Source: Perkinsus chesapeaki ATCC PRA-425
Taxonomy: Eukaryota > Protista > Perkinsozoa
Reading direction: 5' to 3'
Assembly: GCA_013115145.1 (NCBI GenBank)
Contig: JAAPAO010000294.1
Span: forward strand, 1-42,103
Length of the DNA stretch: 42,103 bases
Part shown: in pieces, positions 9,310 to 22,292 of the stretch
How the letters are laid out: each line of letters starts with the position of its first letter
How positions within the stretch are numbered: the stretch's first letter is position 1
Made by a program: the position numbers and the translations under genes
Notes under the pieces: model-generated
Database searches by the model: none
What the model saw: the letters and a program-made list of their open reading frames with translations, nothing else
What the model was told of the DNA's origin: nothing

Positions 9310-12300
9310 TTAAGTAACTGCAAACGTTGGATCGGTGAAACGCATATGTTGGGGGTCGGGACCGTTATCGCCTTTATCATTCAAACCGTGCTTTCCTCTC
9401 TCTCTAAGATACCTACGATGGAGGGGATGAATACCAAATTCTGGACAATCAGAAAGGTGCGAATCTGTGAGTAAAGCCGGTCCTGGAGATATTAGTTTAT
9501 AGAGTGACGATGTTTTTATAATATATTTCGAATACAGATTCGTTATTAGCATCATATCGTCTACCATTCCTCAGCTTCCTTTGCACCAACTAGTCGAGTA
9601 GGTTCTGCCCCTCCTTTGAGGCCCACTGTATGCTTTACTGGCTGCGACATTGACAATAAGAACTCCTTAGCAGATGTTACCTAAGGAAGGAAAATGGCAG
9701 AGACTGGTTTCCAGCCGAAAATTGCAGGAACTTAATATGCACGATATGACAAGGACGGTTCTGAACCGGAAGCTGTTGCCAAAAAGTGTTTCCCGCCAAC
9801 AGTAACCGTGTCGCTCGATCCGTGTGCGTATAACTCATACAGTATAAATATATGTTAACAGATTATACTGTTATAATGAATGGAGACAAGGAAAATAGTA
9901 CGATATATTGTGATCTATTGGTAATTAATAGTAATACGTATGTGGATAGTTATAAATGGTAATTACTAAGAAGGGGGGCTTACCGCCATATCAACTGTAA
10001 GGTTCGAGAAGGCTGGTACGAGGAATTTGCCGATCCAAGGCGGCAACTTCTTCCTCTTGTCGGCTCTTGCATACCTTGCCTGAAAAATACAAAGTTAGAA
10101 TTGACGGCGAACCTTCTTACATCAGCTAGAACCATCAACCCGTAATCTTGCTTGCTGCGTAGCACTCGACCAACACACTGTGCAGCAGCACGCATGGCAT
10201 CAAACGTAAGGAATTCCCCTTCAGATATACCGTGGGTGTCCCGGATATACCTGACACTCTATGAGCCGAGCTCGAGCAGCAGATTTTTAGTATTTATTTC
10301 GGTCTCTCAGTCGAGCTATCGAATTCGGTCGGTCTCGCATGGCAACGAGAAGTGCTCGAGACTGCGTTCGACCAGTACCAATAAAATAGCAAGCAAAATT
10401 CAGGGATGTAAGTATTTCTTACGCTAGTCGGGCTCGGAGCCTTCTCGAGAGGGAATACTGGAAAGGGACCCCAAATAGGACCACTGCTCGCCTGAAAAAA
10501 CGACGCTCTAGTAGACATCGGAAGGCTTTGGGGTGAACATGTCACCACCAATTCAGCGAAGATATCATTAAACCTTTGCCATGCGGATACTCATCAGAGA
10601 GGATTGGGTAGGACACACAGATGCGTCCTTAGTGAACGCATCAAACGAAATAATTGGTATGTCCCTGGGACTCGCCGAAGGTGCAAGTAGGAAACAATCT
10701 TACCCGTAGTGTCGATCGAAATCGATCCCTTCACTGACTTTCCCGCGCGCCACAGCCAAAAAGAGTCCGCCTCTCCCTTGATCACATGCTTCTCTGTAAT
10801 TGCTAAGTGCAATAGTAGTTGATACAACATCATCAGTCTCGAAGAATACAACCTTATGTGTACTCAGACGGGCTAGTGTACCATTATCGTACCATACCCG
10901 GATAACCTAAGCCACAACGGTTCTGGCAGAACTTACGCCGATTGAACCCCTCCGAGACTTTGGCCCAGATAAATCTATACCACTAATAATACACAGTAGA
11001 TCAATCATTCTATTGAATCAAAATTTAATAAATTTCTACAATCTGTTCATTAATTTAATATGATATCCTAGTATGGTGGGTCAACTTTTTTGCAATGCTT
11101 CAATTCCATTTCAAAAGATTGACCACCATACAAGACAGCCTTACTTGTTGCATATAAATCTTCGATGTGAAGAAGCATACCACACCATCGGGCACAACTT
11201 GTACCAGCTCTTCTAGTAGCGTACCATAACTCTTGGATACTTCCTCGTCTCTGAAAGTGATGGTAACAATATACCCAAATTACATCTAGGCTACTTTCGT
11301 GATTGGAAGCTGCTGCTGAGGACTATGTCATTGCTTCGAGTAACAATGAGCGGGCGAATGCAATCTCTTTCCAAAGAGATGTCCAATGCCTCACTCACCA
11401 CAACTCTGTCCAAGCCAAGCAGGCGAGGATACATTGATAGCGGCGACAACGTCCCCGAAGTTAAAACCTGGCAAACAAAGACTTGGCTACTGACTATACT
11501 TAGACTTAGGTGAACTGACACAGAGCCCCTTTGCCGGATTGAGCTGAAGTGCGCACATATACAGCGAAACCAATCCTACTCGTAAGGATGCAAATTGCAT
11601 CATGCAATGACTCTCCGTAGGTAGAAAAACTATTGCTGATTCTACGTAACAAATGTTATATAATTTATCGTATTAATATGAACCATCCTTGTTGAACCTA
11701 TAAATACACCACAGCAATGCCTACCACATTCTTATAACGTCTGACAACTGGCCTCATAGCGATAGCGGCATCCAGACACGACAGCTCAAGTTGAGGATCA
11801 TATATACCTAAGCAGAATCATACACAAATCGATCACCTGATCGATTCCGAAGAAGCCAACAGGTCCCACCTTCAGCTTCCGGGCATGGATCCGTTAAAAC
11901 TGCGAACCCTTTACTATGCAACGACGCTAGAGTACACAAATCACATATCTTAGTTAAAGGTGAAAACCTAAAAGGCACATATAAATAAGAAATGCAAAGA
12001 TATGAGATATCCTTGTATAAGGTAGAATCAACAAAGAGGATAAATCTTGGTTGCACCAAATGGATCATTTCCGAGTGTCGTACAATATAGTGCTATGCAT
12101 ACTAGTTTGGGCCAATAATCCCCCCATCTCAAAACTCCCCTTGATACTCGCATTTAACACGTTTCTTATATGGCCTTAAATTTTCATCAACACATAACAT
12201 AGATTCTGAATGCTAGAATCAATTTCAGGGGGGACTATATGATACAGCCGATATCATCAAGTTGATGATGACATCAACCCAACATGTACTCCTCCTATTT

Positions 12301-15300
12301 CCTACTCATCGATATCGGTAATCTTAAGCGTGTTCATAAGACTTCTCAATCGAGCATCAAACGCCTTCATCGTCCTGGCCTCGATGTACTGCTGTGACTC
12401 CAATTCATGCAAGAACATCAGTGGACCCTCCGCTCTGGCTTTATCAACTCTAAGCAAAAAAAGCTAGGCCTTCTCCTAGGAGTTCGGTGTATCGTCATCA
12501 CTGAATTCTATTGGATGGACGCAAGTTCGATCCCCAGCCCTGCCATATTTCTGCGGAAGACGACTCTGGCCCAGTATTTTAGGCCCTTCTCAACATCCCC
12601 AAAGGGAGAGCTATCGAATGGTGCATATTATCACTGATCATATCCTCTCTAGATCATCGATCATGCACCAAGTGTTGATTAAGCGAGGGTGATATAATGA
12701 ATGAACACTAGTAAGATTCCAGCAATGCTATCATCCATAACGGAACCAATGCCACCCCTACCTTATATAAGCTCTAAGGAAAGCACATACTTGTTGAAGT
12801 ATACCGAGGAAATGTTCAGCCTGTCGAACATTGCCAGGAATAACCAAATGAGATACTCCCGAGACCGCTTCCTTAAGCTCATTAGGCCCGAATTTAAGGG
12901 CACGGATTGATCTGAAAGGAGAGGCAATGTTGAATGACGCCGACAAAGACAATGTTGAGGTAGGGGCGTTCTGTATACGTGGAGACTACACTTTCATATT
13001 AGTCAACACTTCAGGCCATCATTTTACACAGTGTACACTTTTCATGTTTTTTCTACAACTTCCGTGTAAGTTGGAATATATTGATGAATCTAATAATGTT
13101 TTTGTAACATTGCTCTTGGAATATATAATAATTCGACCCTCCAAGCTCATCCGTATTACTCATCCTCTTCAGCCATCCCACCTGATGGTGCTAACCCTCT
13201 CATTAAGTTCTCGACTTCAGCTTTAAGTCTATTCTCATCTACCTTTTTCAATTCAACAACCTATACACCAACCATCACCCTACACCGTGGCCTCCTTCTC
13301 TCTCTACTCACCTCCCTCTGTAGCCGTTTTACGTTACTAGTAGCTCGATCGATTGTTCTGAGATTATTAAATGCATTCCAGTGGAATGATTCCACCACCA
13401 ACACTCAAACAGCATTTCGTTCAAGGGAAACGATTCTCCCTCATCGATCGTTATGCAAATGAAATCTGACCCGATTGCCCAGCGAATAGTTGCCTGAGTT
13501 CGTCTCAATTTCTCGCCTATTCCACCTTAAACTTTCCCATCAATATAAGTCTTTAAAGCTGCTAACTTGCACAAGATACAGTACGCGCAATCTAAGGCGC
13601 GCGTTTGGCGTCATCGGCACAACTAGACCACATATTGGCGACCTGAAATTTTTTGTAGGCACCATCCCAATACTGTTGTTGTATCGTTAAAATACTTCAC
13701 AGAACTTGAATTTTCTCAAAACTTTTTTTCATTGCTTTATGTGGTCTAGTTAAGAAGTTACGCCGGTGAAGGATTGCGCGTACTGTATTCCGAGCTAACT
13801 CGTAGTAAGTACTTGGTAGTTTTCAGATTGAGGACCTGCCCCCCTTCAAGTGCTGCAGTGCCTCCCCATCACCTTCTATCAATCGTAACTGTGAGAGCAT
13901 CCATGCAAATATCATCGATATTATGTGCCTCATCGAATATTACCACAGCTGGTTCGAACCTGCGTGCAAGGATCCTAAAACGGCACCCTTAACCACTACA
14001 CCACATTACTGCTGCTCATTCTCATTATCGGTAATCAACCCAGCTGGTTTCTCCTCTCCTTCCTTTGCCAATGCTCCATGACTCATCGCACCCCTCGAGG
14101 ATTCACCAGCAATCAGTGCAGACGCCGACACTCTTGGATCCAATACGTACCTGGATTCCGCATTGAACTTCTCATATTGGAAAGGATAGGAAAAAGAGTG
14201 GTATAATGCTCATTAAAATATAGTAAGCACGGCGGTCGTAATATGAAAGAGACTGTACTATTTTTTACCAAACCATCGTCGTAAAGCTTCGTCATCTCCA
14301 TCAATATTATCCCAACTTACTGATAGTTGAATACAATAACATCTGCATGCCTCAACAATCGCTTAGTCATATAATACGGACACCATCCCTCCGCTCCACC
14401 AGCTACTCTCAGATCCTCTAAGGTATAAACTCCTGATGGTATCTGACAACACAAACGCTGTCCCACATGACACTGAAACCATCCCATTTTATAATATACC
14501 CAACAAACACATAGCATATCGCCCCCAGTAATATTACCGCGAACTTCTTGTCCTTTGCGTCTTTGCCTTCGATATCTTGATCTCTTCGACCAACACCGCC
14601 AATGGCAGCATCGTAACCCTCAAAGAATGAACAACGATTGGCTGATGATGATGATGATGATGAACTGAGCAAATACGCAATAGCAACAACGCCTAAATAT
14701 CATATCAATATATGTTTCAAATTTATCAACTCACGCTCAATGTGAGTTCGCGTTCACATGTTACACAGTGAAGCAGCAGCAGCAGCTGCTCTTTCGACTT
14801 TGTTAATTTTCTCTATCCGATTGTGTGATATGAAGCGGGTGAGTCAATCTCCCCTCCTCAACATCAACTTATCTCCTCCTCCACCCATATATTACCTTTT
14901 CTTGATAAAGTTACTAGTCATCTCCCTACATTTAATATCTATTTTATCCCTGTCAGCTTGCCCAGCCACATCAGGATGAATGCACATATTGCGCCGAGCA
15001 GACAGGCCAATCCCGAGGAACCTCTGAACAACTTGACATCTCCAACCTAATCAGATATCATCATTCTTACATTCGGTGCCTCCTCCGGTTTCTCCTCAGA
15101 TAGCACTTTATCCCGATAATCAATGACAAGTTTAAGCTCTCTAATGGCTTGGTTCATCTCCGGAACTGTTCGAGTACAATAAACCAGCTTACCCATCTGA
15201 AAACGGCAAACCATTGCAACAGTTAATATTCCGCAATGCGTTACTATCTGAGCTTCACAACTAATATAATCTACAACTGAGATGACAAGTGCCACTTATG

Positions 15301-16421
15301 AAGTGGGCTTTGGTCTTAATCACAACAAGCTGTTTATTAACACTCCACTCTATCCCTCCATTCCGTGTTAATATGATTCATATACCTTTCACTATTAAAT
15401 ATAAGATCCATATTAATATCTTCATCTATAAATTTACGCATCGTTATCGGCTGCTACATCGAGAACTTATACAAAATGATACTGTATTTCGCATCCCCCC
15501 ATTACTCCGCCACTGAGACCTCGTCCCAGAATTCGCCCGAGGAATGCCCCCACATTGCTTTCTATTACCTCTGGATGCGCTATTTGATAACTAGTAACCA
15601 AGCTCATAATAGTTACTGTCTTACCAGTACCAGTAGGCATCTCTATTAATCCTTGACCATGTGATGCATCTAATGCTTGTTTTAAATAATACATATATTT
15701 CACCTACCACCACAACAATAGCATCATCATCATACTTACGAGGAAGGAGTTATACTCTAAATCAATTACAACCCACCACATCTAGTTGAAGTGTCTTATC
15801 AGTGGTGTTGTGTCTATAACCAATAATTACTGAGCAAAATGCTGCTCCTCGATCAATATAATACATAAGCCCGAAACACCACCACCATCCAAGCAACTCA
15901 ACTTCAACATCAAAGGGTAACACGTAAAATCCAGAATCACTTCACTAGCCACATTCATAAAAACCTTCCTGCCGGATGATGAAGCCAAGATAATTTTACA
16001 TACATGTATATATTATATAACTTAATATTTTATACATATTTTATCACTAGCAGCAGCACTCTTCCTTTTATCATTCAGTAAAGGAGAATGGCTGTATTGG
16101 GTTGATATTCAATTGCTCGTAGAAAGTAGGCTGAACCATCCTCTGCAGCAATGGAGAGGATACAATACTAATAGTATTATACTATTATGTCATACTATAT
16201 ATCATTATAATATTGTCTATTTTACTATATATAATCACTATACAACTCGCACGTTTATAAGTATATTTTTAAGACTAACAACGGCTTTTACGAAATTTAT
16301 CATTTCCCAAACTCCGCCGCCTGCCATCCTATCATCCCCCCATTATGACCTGTTCTGGATATATTGCATCATATGGGAATATAACTCTTAAACCATCAAT
16401 ATTAAGATTAGATATACCCAT
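9310..16421 (-). CDS. XPD: TFIIH DNA helicase XPD/ERCC2/Rad3, many exons
   Basis: Exon 1 (16421-16350) reads [24 protein letters not shown]. Walker [10 protein letters not shown]; [12 protein letters not shown]; all four Fe-S cysteine contexts present (NMCIHP, KCREMT, RCSFFE, WCPYY); DEAHNID; [16 protein letters not shown]; [21 protein letters not shown]; KRKKLPPWI. Penultimate exon 9680-9565 [14 protein letters not shown]; probable last exon 9412-9310. If the final intron is retained, the stop is at 9561. Confidence 0.96.
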
Positions 16422-17278
16422 ATAAATAAGGATAATAATAAAGCTAAATTAAAGATAACACTATTATTATCATTAACAAATTCACCAACACAACTGGTAG
16501 AAGAACAACAGGCAACACAGTTGGACCGCCGACATGCCCTTCGAATTGGAACCCACAGCTTTCGCCTATTTACGTAAAAAGTGGTCATTCGTCTAATATT
16601 ACTTACAATATCTTCACTCCAACAATTAGGTTACATTATTTCTATTTAACAACAATTATATGACTCAATAGATATCAGACATCAGTATATGCATATTGCT
16701 TGTTGTTGTATATTTAATATTATTGCTTAATATTTCTCTATTAATATACACTACTCATCCATCCTCCTTCCTTCATCCCAATAAGCTTTGTCATATATAC
16801 CATATTAATACAGCAGTTCAGCAGTGCATCACGTGTGTCAGCACCCAATTACATTTTTATTATTATTTTACAAACTCTCTAATAACTTATCTCTAATACA
16901 ATCTGCAGTTTCACCACCACGTCATCTACCGAAACAGAAATGTCTACGATAAATTCTGCAATATAGTATTTTATTAGCCCGACCGAGAAGTGGCAGTTGA
17001 TGCATATCTTTTGTGGCCTAACCGTTTGGTGTTCCTCCATAACTTATACCTTTATAGTTAAGTCCTTTCAGACACCTATCGCTAAACGTGAAAGGAATCT
17101 TACGATCAATCATACACCTCATGATCGTTACAGCAGCACTTTAGTGATCCAATTCACTTCGATGATGACAGATTAATAATAATATAAACTTAACACTATC
17201 ATGAGGGTAATACAAATAACATCTTAAACAGCACTCATGCATGTCATCATCATCGCCGCCAAATACACTGATAATCTA

Positions 17279-18479
17279 TTATATCGAGTGTAGCACAAAA
17301 CGAGTCCCAGAAATGTTAATAAACAAAGCTGCATCACCATCCGGTTGATCTACAGTGAAGGAAGAATCTTCCGACGAGAACTTGAACACGCGCATGCCCT
17401 CATGATGAAAAGTTAAGACCAAAGGTAAGTCATCCCAGACAGTGCGAGTGATCACACCATTGGACATGCAAATGGTGCAACGCTGTTGACCATGGTTATC
17501 TGTTACGAAGGAGGCCGTAAGCATTAAACCATTTTGGTAAAGACTAGCATAATTGCCGTCCTCTATGCCCATACTCACCGAATTTCTCAATGGCACTTGG
17601 TAAGGTGATGGCCGAGAACGTGACGCTTGATGAGGTGATGCTTGATGAGGTGATGCTTGATGAGGTGATGCTTGATGAGGTGATGCTTGATGAATTGGTG
17701 GTTGGTAAGGTGGTGGTTGGTAAGGTGGTGGTTGGTAAGGTGGTGGTTGGTAAGGTGGTGGTTGGTAAGGTGGTGGTTGGTAATNNNNNNNNNNNNNNNN
17801 NNNNNNNNNNNNNNNNNNNNNNNNNNNNNNNNNNNNNNNNNNNNNNNNNNNNNNNNNNNNNNNNNNNNNNNNNNNNNNNNNNNGGTGGCCCACTCGCAAG
17901 ACGGGTGCTATCATCATTGTGGATGGGATACAGATCAATAGGGGTTCCCCAGTTTATTACTTTGCCGTAGATCCTAGCTTTGAGATACAGTCTCATCATA
18001 GGCCCCTCTCTATCCGACATTCGCTTAGGATTTGTATAACATAATAAGAACCTGTCTTCCTCATCAAGCGTTAAACCAGTCGCTGTGAATGTCTCCTTAA
18101 TTGCATTGAGTCCTGAGCCTTGCCGAACATAACAGCATTGGGATATCCCCTCAGTTAGGAGCTGTGTAGTGTCATGAATTACCTTCTTTTCGCAGTTTAC
18201 ATAGTCAGGTTCTTGATTGTCATTCACGCGTACCTTATATCTTTGTCCTCCCTCTAACACAGCATCCAATGTCACCTCAACCGATCTCAAATACTGTGAC
18301 ATATCCTCAGGAATGCTTTTGGTCACAAAAGTTCCCGAAAGTGTGCTGCTGCTTGCTGTTGAGGATAATATAGCGGCTACGGCGTCGGCATTGGATCCTT
18401 CATGCTTAATACTTCCAAGACTTTTACCACGTACATAAAACATAACCAAAGTTATCAACAAGTCTTTTCCCCTCATCAT
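17279..18479 (-). CDS. Putative secreted two-domain protein with a Pro-rich repeat linker; interrupted by an assembly gap
   Basis: ATG at 18479 starts a signal-peptide-like MMRGKDLLITLVMFYVRG, and the frame stays open to the gap (17785-17883). After the gap, the frame with (YQPPP)n(HQASP)n continues about 115 aa to the stop at 17279. No recognisable family motif. Confidence 0.65.
17619..17784 (-). repeat. Two adjacent 15-bp coding tandem repeats (YQPPP x5-6 visible, HQASP x4-5)
   Basis: Plus-strand units ggttggtaaggtggt and gcttgatgaggtgat. The array runs into the N-gap. Confidence 0.95.
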
Positions 18480-18548
18480 CTTCTCGGCCAATTACAATAA
18501 CGTTAAAGAGGTGATCAGGGAAAAGGAGACACCAAAATATCAGACAAT

Positions 18549-18774
18549 TTAATGGCGCGCGAGAATTCTCAACCTGCCGTCTCGGTCCAATAATAAACGG
18601 AAATCTCTTCATGTGGGGTATTGTTCAACGATCACCATTGGACTCTCCGCGATGTGATCGATGGCACTACTGCATCACCTATAATTTAAGACCTCAAAAA
18701 TGCCACAATACAATAACCAAAGTGATGATCAGTGAAGAGACATGATTCCTATTAATTAATGGCGCGCGAGAATT
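18549..18774. promoter_or_regulatory. Duplicated upstream segment with an identical 19-bp motif TTAATGGCGCGCGAGAATT
   Basis: Exact copies at 18549-18567 and 18756-18774, each preceded by a similar tacaataac...gatcag...gagaca segment. The first copy lies about 70 bp upstream of the ATG at 18479. Confidence 0.45.
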
Positions 18775-19206
18775 GCCAGTACGTCTGGCCTCACCTCAAA
18801 ATAATACTTCTTCCTTGATAGCTCCGAATAATCGATACGAGCAAGAAATTGAATCTTCAACGATTAATTGAATATTAATTTTCTTATATAATAACGGTTT
18901 CTTACTGCCTCCTCAACACGGCATTAATTTTATTATTTTCTATAAGCCTATTATATTACCACTTTCCCAACACACTCCGGTGGTCACAATAAACTTCACG
19001 GCACTTCCTCTCTCCAATATCATATCTCATCCGTTCGATGCAGCACCGGCCATTCGATCAGAAGTCCGTTATTATATCTATTCCCTTCTAACTTTACTTC
19101 CAAAGGCCCTCCGAGGGCCTCTTTAAGTATTGTAAAACATATCAAGTAGGATGATGCAACTATCCTGCGACCTTCCCCCTTTTGTCTCCTCACGCCACAT
19201 TGATAG

Positions 19207-19430
19207 CCTTAGCCTTCCCTTCTAACAATATCACTTCAAGCCTTAGCCTTCCCTTCTAACAATATCACTTCAAGCCTTAGCCTTCCCTTCTAACAATATC
19301 ACTTCAAGCCTTNNNNNNNNNNNNNNNNNNNNNNNNNNNNNNNNNNNNNNNNNNNNNNNNNNNNNNNNNNNNNNNNNNNNNNNNNNNNNNNNNNNNNNNN
19401 NNNNNNNNNCTTAGCCTTCCCTTCTAACAA
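19207..19430. repeat. 34-bp minisatellite spanning an assembly gap
   Basis: Unit ccttagccttcccttctaacaatatcacttcaag starts at 19207, 19241 and 19275. Gap at 19313-19409; a partial unit at 19410-19430. Confidence 0.95.
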
Positions 19431-19595
19431 CCAGCAGTAGCAGGAAATAGCTAATTAATAATTCTTAACACCCCACTGGAACCAAAGACAATGGCTCAAT
19501 ATGAGGAACTTATTGGTCATAGTGGTAAGGAGGAGGAGGAGGAAGAGTTCTCTCTTGTTTATTATACATTAACGTAGTTCTTATTGACGTAGTAG

Positions 19596-21655
19596 TTAGG
19601 CAGTCGCTTGGACCGGAGGGGGGCCTTCATCGATATCCATCTGACCACCTGACTCATCGGCGACGGCGGGCTCTTCAAATACTGTGCCTAAAAAGGTAAA
19701 ATACCGTATCAAACTGTAATGTGTCATTAATGATGGAATTAAAGTAAAATACGATATGAAATTATACCCCGAGTTATTATTACATGTAGTATCCTCCTTT
19801 GACCATTGGGCCACCAGTGAAACTCTAAAGACTGCCATTGGAATGCCGAGAAGCTTAACAAGCTGGCATTGCTCAGGAGTGAGCGCCTAAAAATAAAAAC
19901 AATGTCTCCTCCAAGGATCGAACCCACGCCCTTTCGATTGCCAACCACCCACCTTGCCCGTTTTGCAAACTTCATAATCGCCCATCAGCCTGATCTTGCC
20001 ATTAACCAGTAGTGTCGGCAATCCCAATTTCCTAAGGAATGGCTCTTGACTGTGAGGGAACCGAGAGAGGGCATCATCGCCAGCTTCCTGAAAATACACA
20101 AGTCGAATCATCGTCATCGTCATCCACCGCTGCAGTAGCTGATCACTCACCAAAGTGATATCTGCCGTAGATATGCATCCACTCCTTGCGAAATTGGCTT
20201 GTTCATGATTGGCCAATACTTCCTGAAAATATACATACCTTTAGGGCCAAGGAGTCTTCAGTGTCCTCCTCTGCGAAACGACGCGAAGACTGAATTTAAA
20301 ATATGCGGAAATCTAAGAACCACTTCGAGGACCAGCTTTGGAAGGATCTCCTCAGCAGTGATGGCTATCATGCCAGGTGATATTACAAGTCCGCTGCAAG
20401 ATGTAATAGTTGAGCTGGCAACAAATGAGATAGAATTACAATATAAATACAACCAAATGAATCCAGTTAAACAATACAGACAATGAATCCTCATATGGAC
20501 CAACTTATCCTTGTTACGCAACAACACTAACAAACAAACCCCCTCAGCATCGCATTTCCTTCTACTGTTTACGAAGAGTCCACAATTCTAATACCGCGTC
20601 CAAGTCCATTATTATTTATACCAAACTTCCTTCACAAACTCACCATCACATGTTCAGATGTCATATCAGTAAGCAGCAAGCCAACCTCTCCACTAAGATA
20701 CTCCGTTAAACCATGAATGCCTGAGAGGGGAGGGGGCTTATACCATTCAACCTTCCACATATCTTACCGTCTTGACACTCAGATTCGGCATCTACTCCCA
20801 AAGCCACTTGCATAACCTTGTTTCTACCACAGAAAAGGCGGCCTAACAAAAATCAACAACACTCCGATACGTGCCTCTATACCGATACACACCATTTCAG
20901 GTAGCATGGTATTATTATCATTAACATCACCCCGTCGAAAATGACATGTCTGAGCTCGTAGTGAAGTCACAGGAGGAAAGTCAAACGAAATCGGATCTAA
21001 TCTCTATCACGCAATTAACATTCTGTATAGTGTGACAAAATCACACTCAAGCACCAACTTTTCAAATTCACCACACCGCAGTTTATGATTTTACGAATAA
21101 TCATACCCGTCCAATCATTTGCATGATGGTAAGTGACAGAGTTCGGTTAGCAATTTCTCAGAGATGACAGCATGAGTATTTCCAACATTTTCTTTAAACT
21201 AACCTTCTTATATCACATCTATCCCCAGAACTACGCCACCTCTATCGCGGTCTCCATTGTAGGAGATCTAAAATTCTTGAGTATTAATTTCACCATATAT
21301 GATACTAAATATCTATAATTAATATAATTTCCCCGACAATGAACCCGCAATGATATCTGCCTCTTCAGTGAAAAATGTCGTACTCTTTGAAGAGGACAGT
21401 ATTACTCCCTATAGCTCTACCTGGTTTGAGATCGTCCCGGAGCGCCTTCAACAAATTGTTACGTTGATTCTCCAGTTTAAGTACGTAAGCGAATCTAAAG
21501 ATGCAATAAAAACTGACATGTGTTTTATAAATTAGTCACCTGAACTTTTCCAAGCACTCTCTAATCTCCTCAATGGCCTTATCCTTCCTATCACGAGTCT
21601 GCCTCTTGGACACCTTGGTGAGGTTAACAACTTGATTACGCTTTGACTTAGGCAT
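19596..21655 (-). CDS. MRT4: Ribosome assembly factor Mrt4 (uL10 paralog), multi-exon
   Basis: [17 protein letters not shown] (ATG 21655), [83 protein letters not shown], then an acidic tail ending in TAA at 19596. GT-AG introns join these in frame. Confidence 0.95.
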
Positions 21656-21760
21656 ATGGACAGCAGTCTGTGGAGTACGATGAAATAGGGACACTTAACA
21701 CAACAAATGCAATATTAAAAATACCAAAACATGTTGGCTAAATCCTCCTCAATAATAATA

Positions 21761-22292
21761 TCAACCATTATTTCGCAGAGGCCCCAGGTCGGCAGGCGAC
21801 AAGTCGGCCAATACGTGTGCTATAGAAGTATTAATGATACCGATTCTACCACGAATCATCACATAATTGAGTATTGTCTGAGATGCACGCTTTAAGCTAA
21901 GATATCTAGGCCGCTTACCGTTATCCTTCGGCAGGAACATCCCACTGAAATAGTAGTTGGAATGCAACAAAGGTAAGATACCATGAAGTCCGCTCACAAA
22001 GCCGGCGATCCAATACAGATACTCGGACATTGGGTTGTGCATTCTGATAGAATTTCAGTAAAATACATCCTACCATAAACTCACTTCATCATATACTCAG
22101 CCAGATCGAAATGGTCCTCCAAGTTGTGGGCCATTCTCTGGCGAGAGCGACTGAAGAATGTGCGCTTGACCGTGTTCCCCACCACAGGACGGCGGCTCGC
22201 TTGTACCTATCAGACGTAGCCTGTCAACCTCATCGAAACCTATCCCTTACGAATTGACGGCCAGCGTTACGAGCAACAGCAGATAGGATCAT
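21761..22292 (-). CDS. Small spliced protein with an N-terminal mitochondrial-type presequence, unknown function
   Basis: ATG at 22292; introns 22250-22207 (44 nt) and 22084-22044 (41 nt) give MILSAVARNAGRQFVQASRRPVVGNTVKRTFFSRSRQRMAHNLEDHFDLAEYMMKMHNPMSEYLYWIAGF. The 3' exons are ambiguous. Confidence 0.55.

Noticed and set aside
17544-17784. (LPTTT)n/(ITSSS)n mucin-like tail of ORF 17544-18491
   Set aside because: The frame across the N-gap is arbitrary. The YQPPP/HQASP frame continues into a long non-repetitive domain and is more plausible.
21985-22105. In-frame TGA in alternative frames of the small mitochondrial gene, as possible selenocysteine
   Set aside because: A stop-free spliced frame exists, and no SECIS-like element or redox motif was seen.
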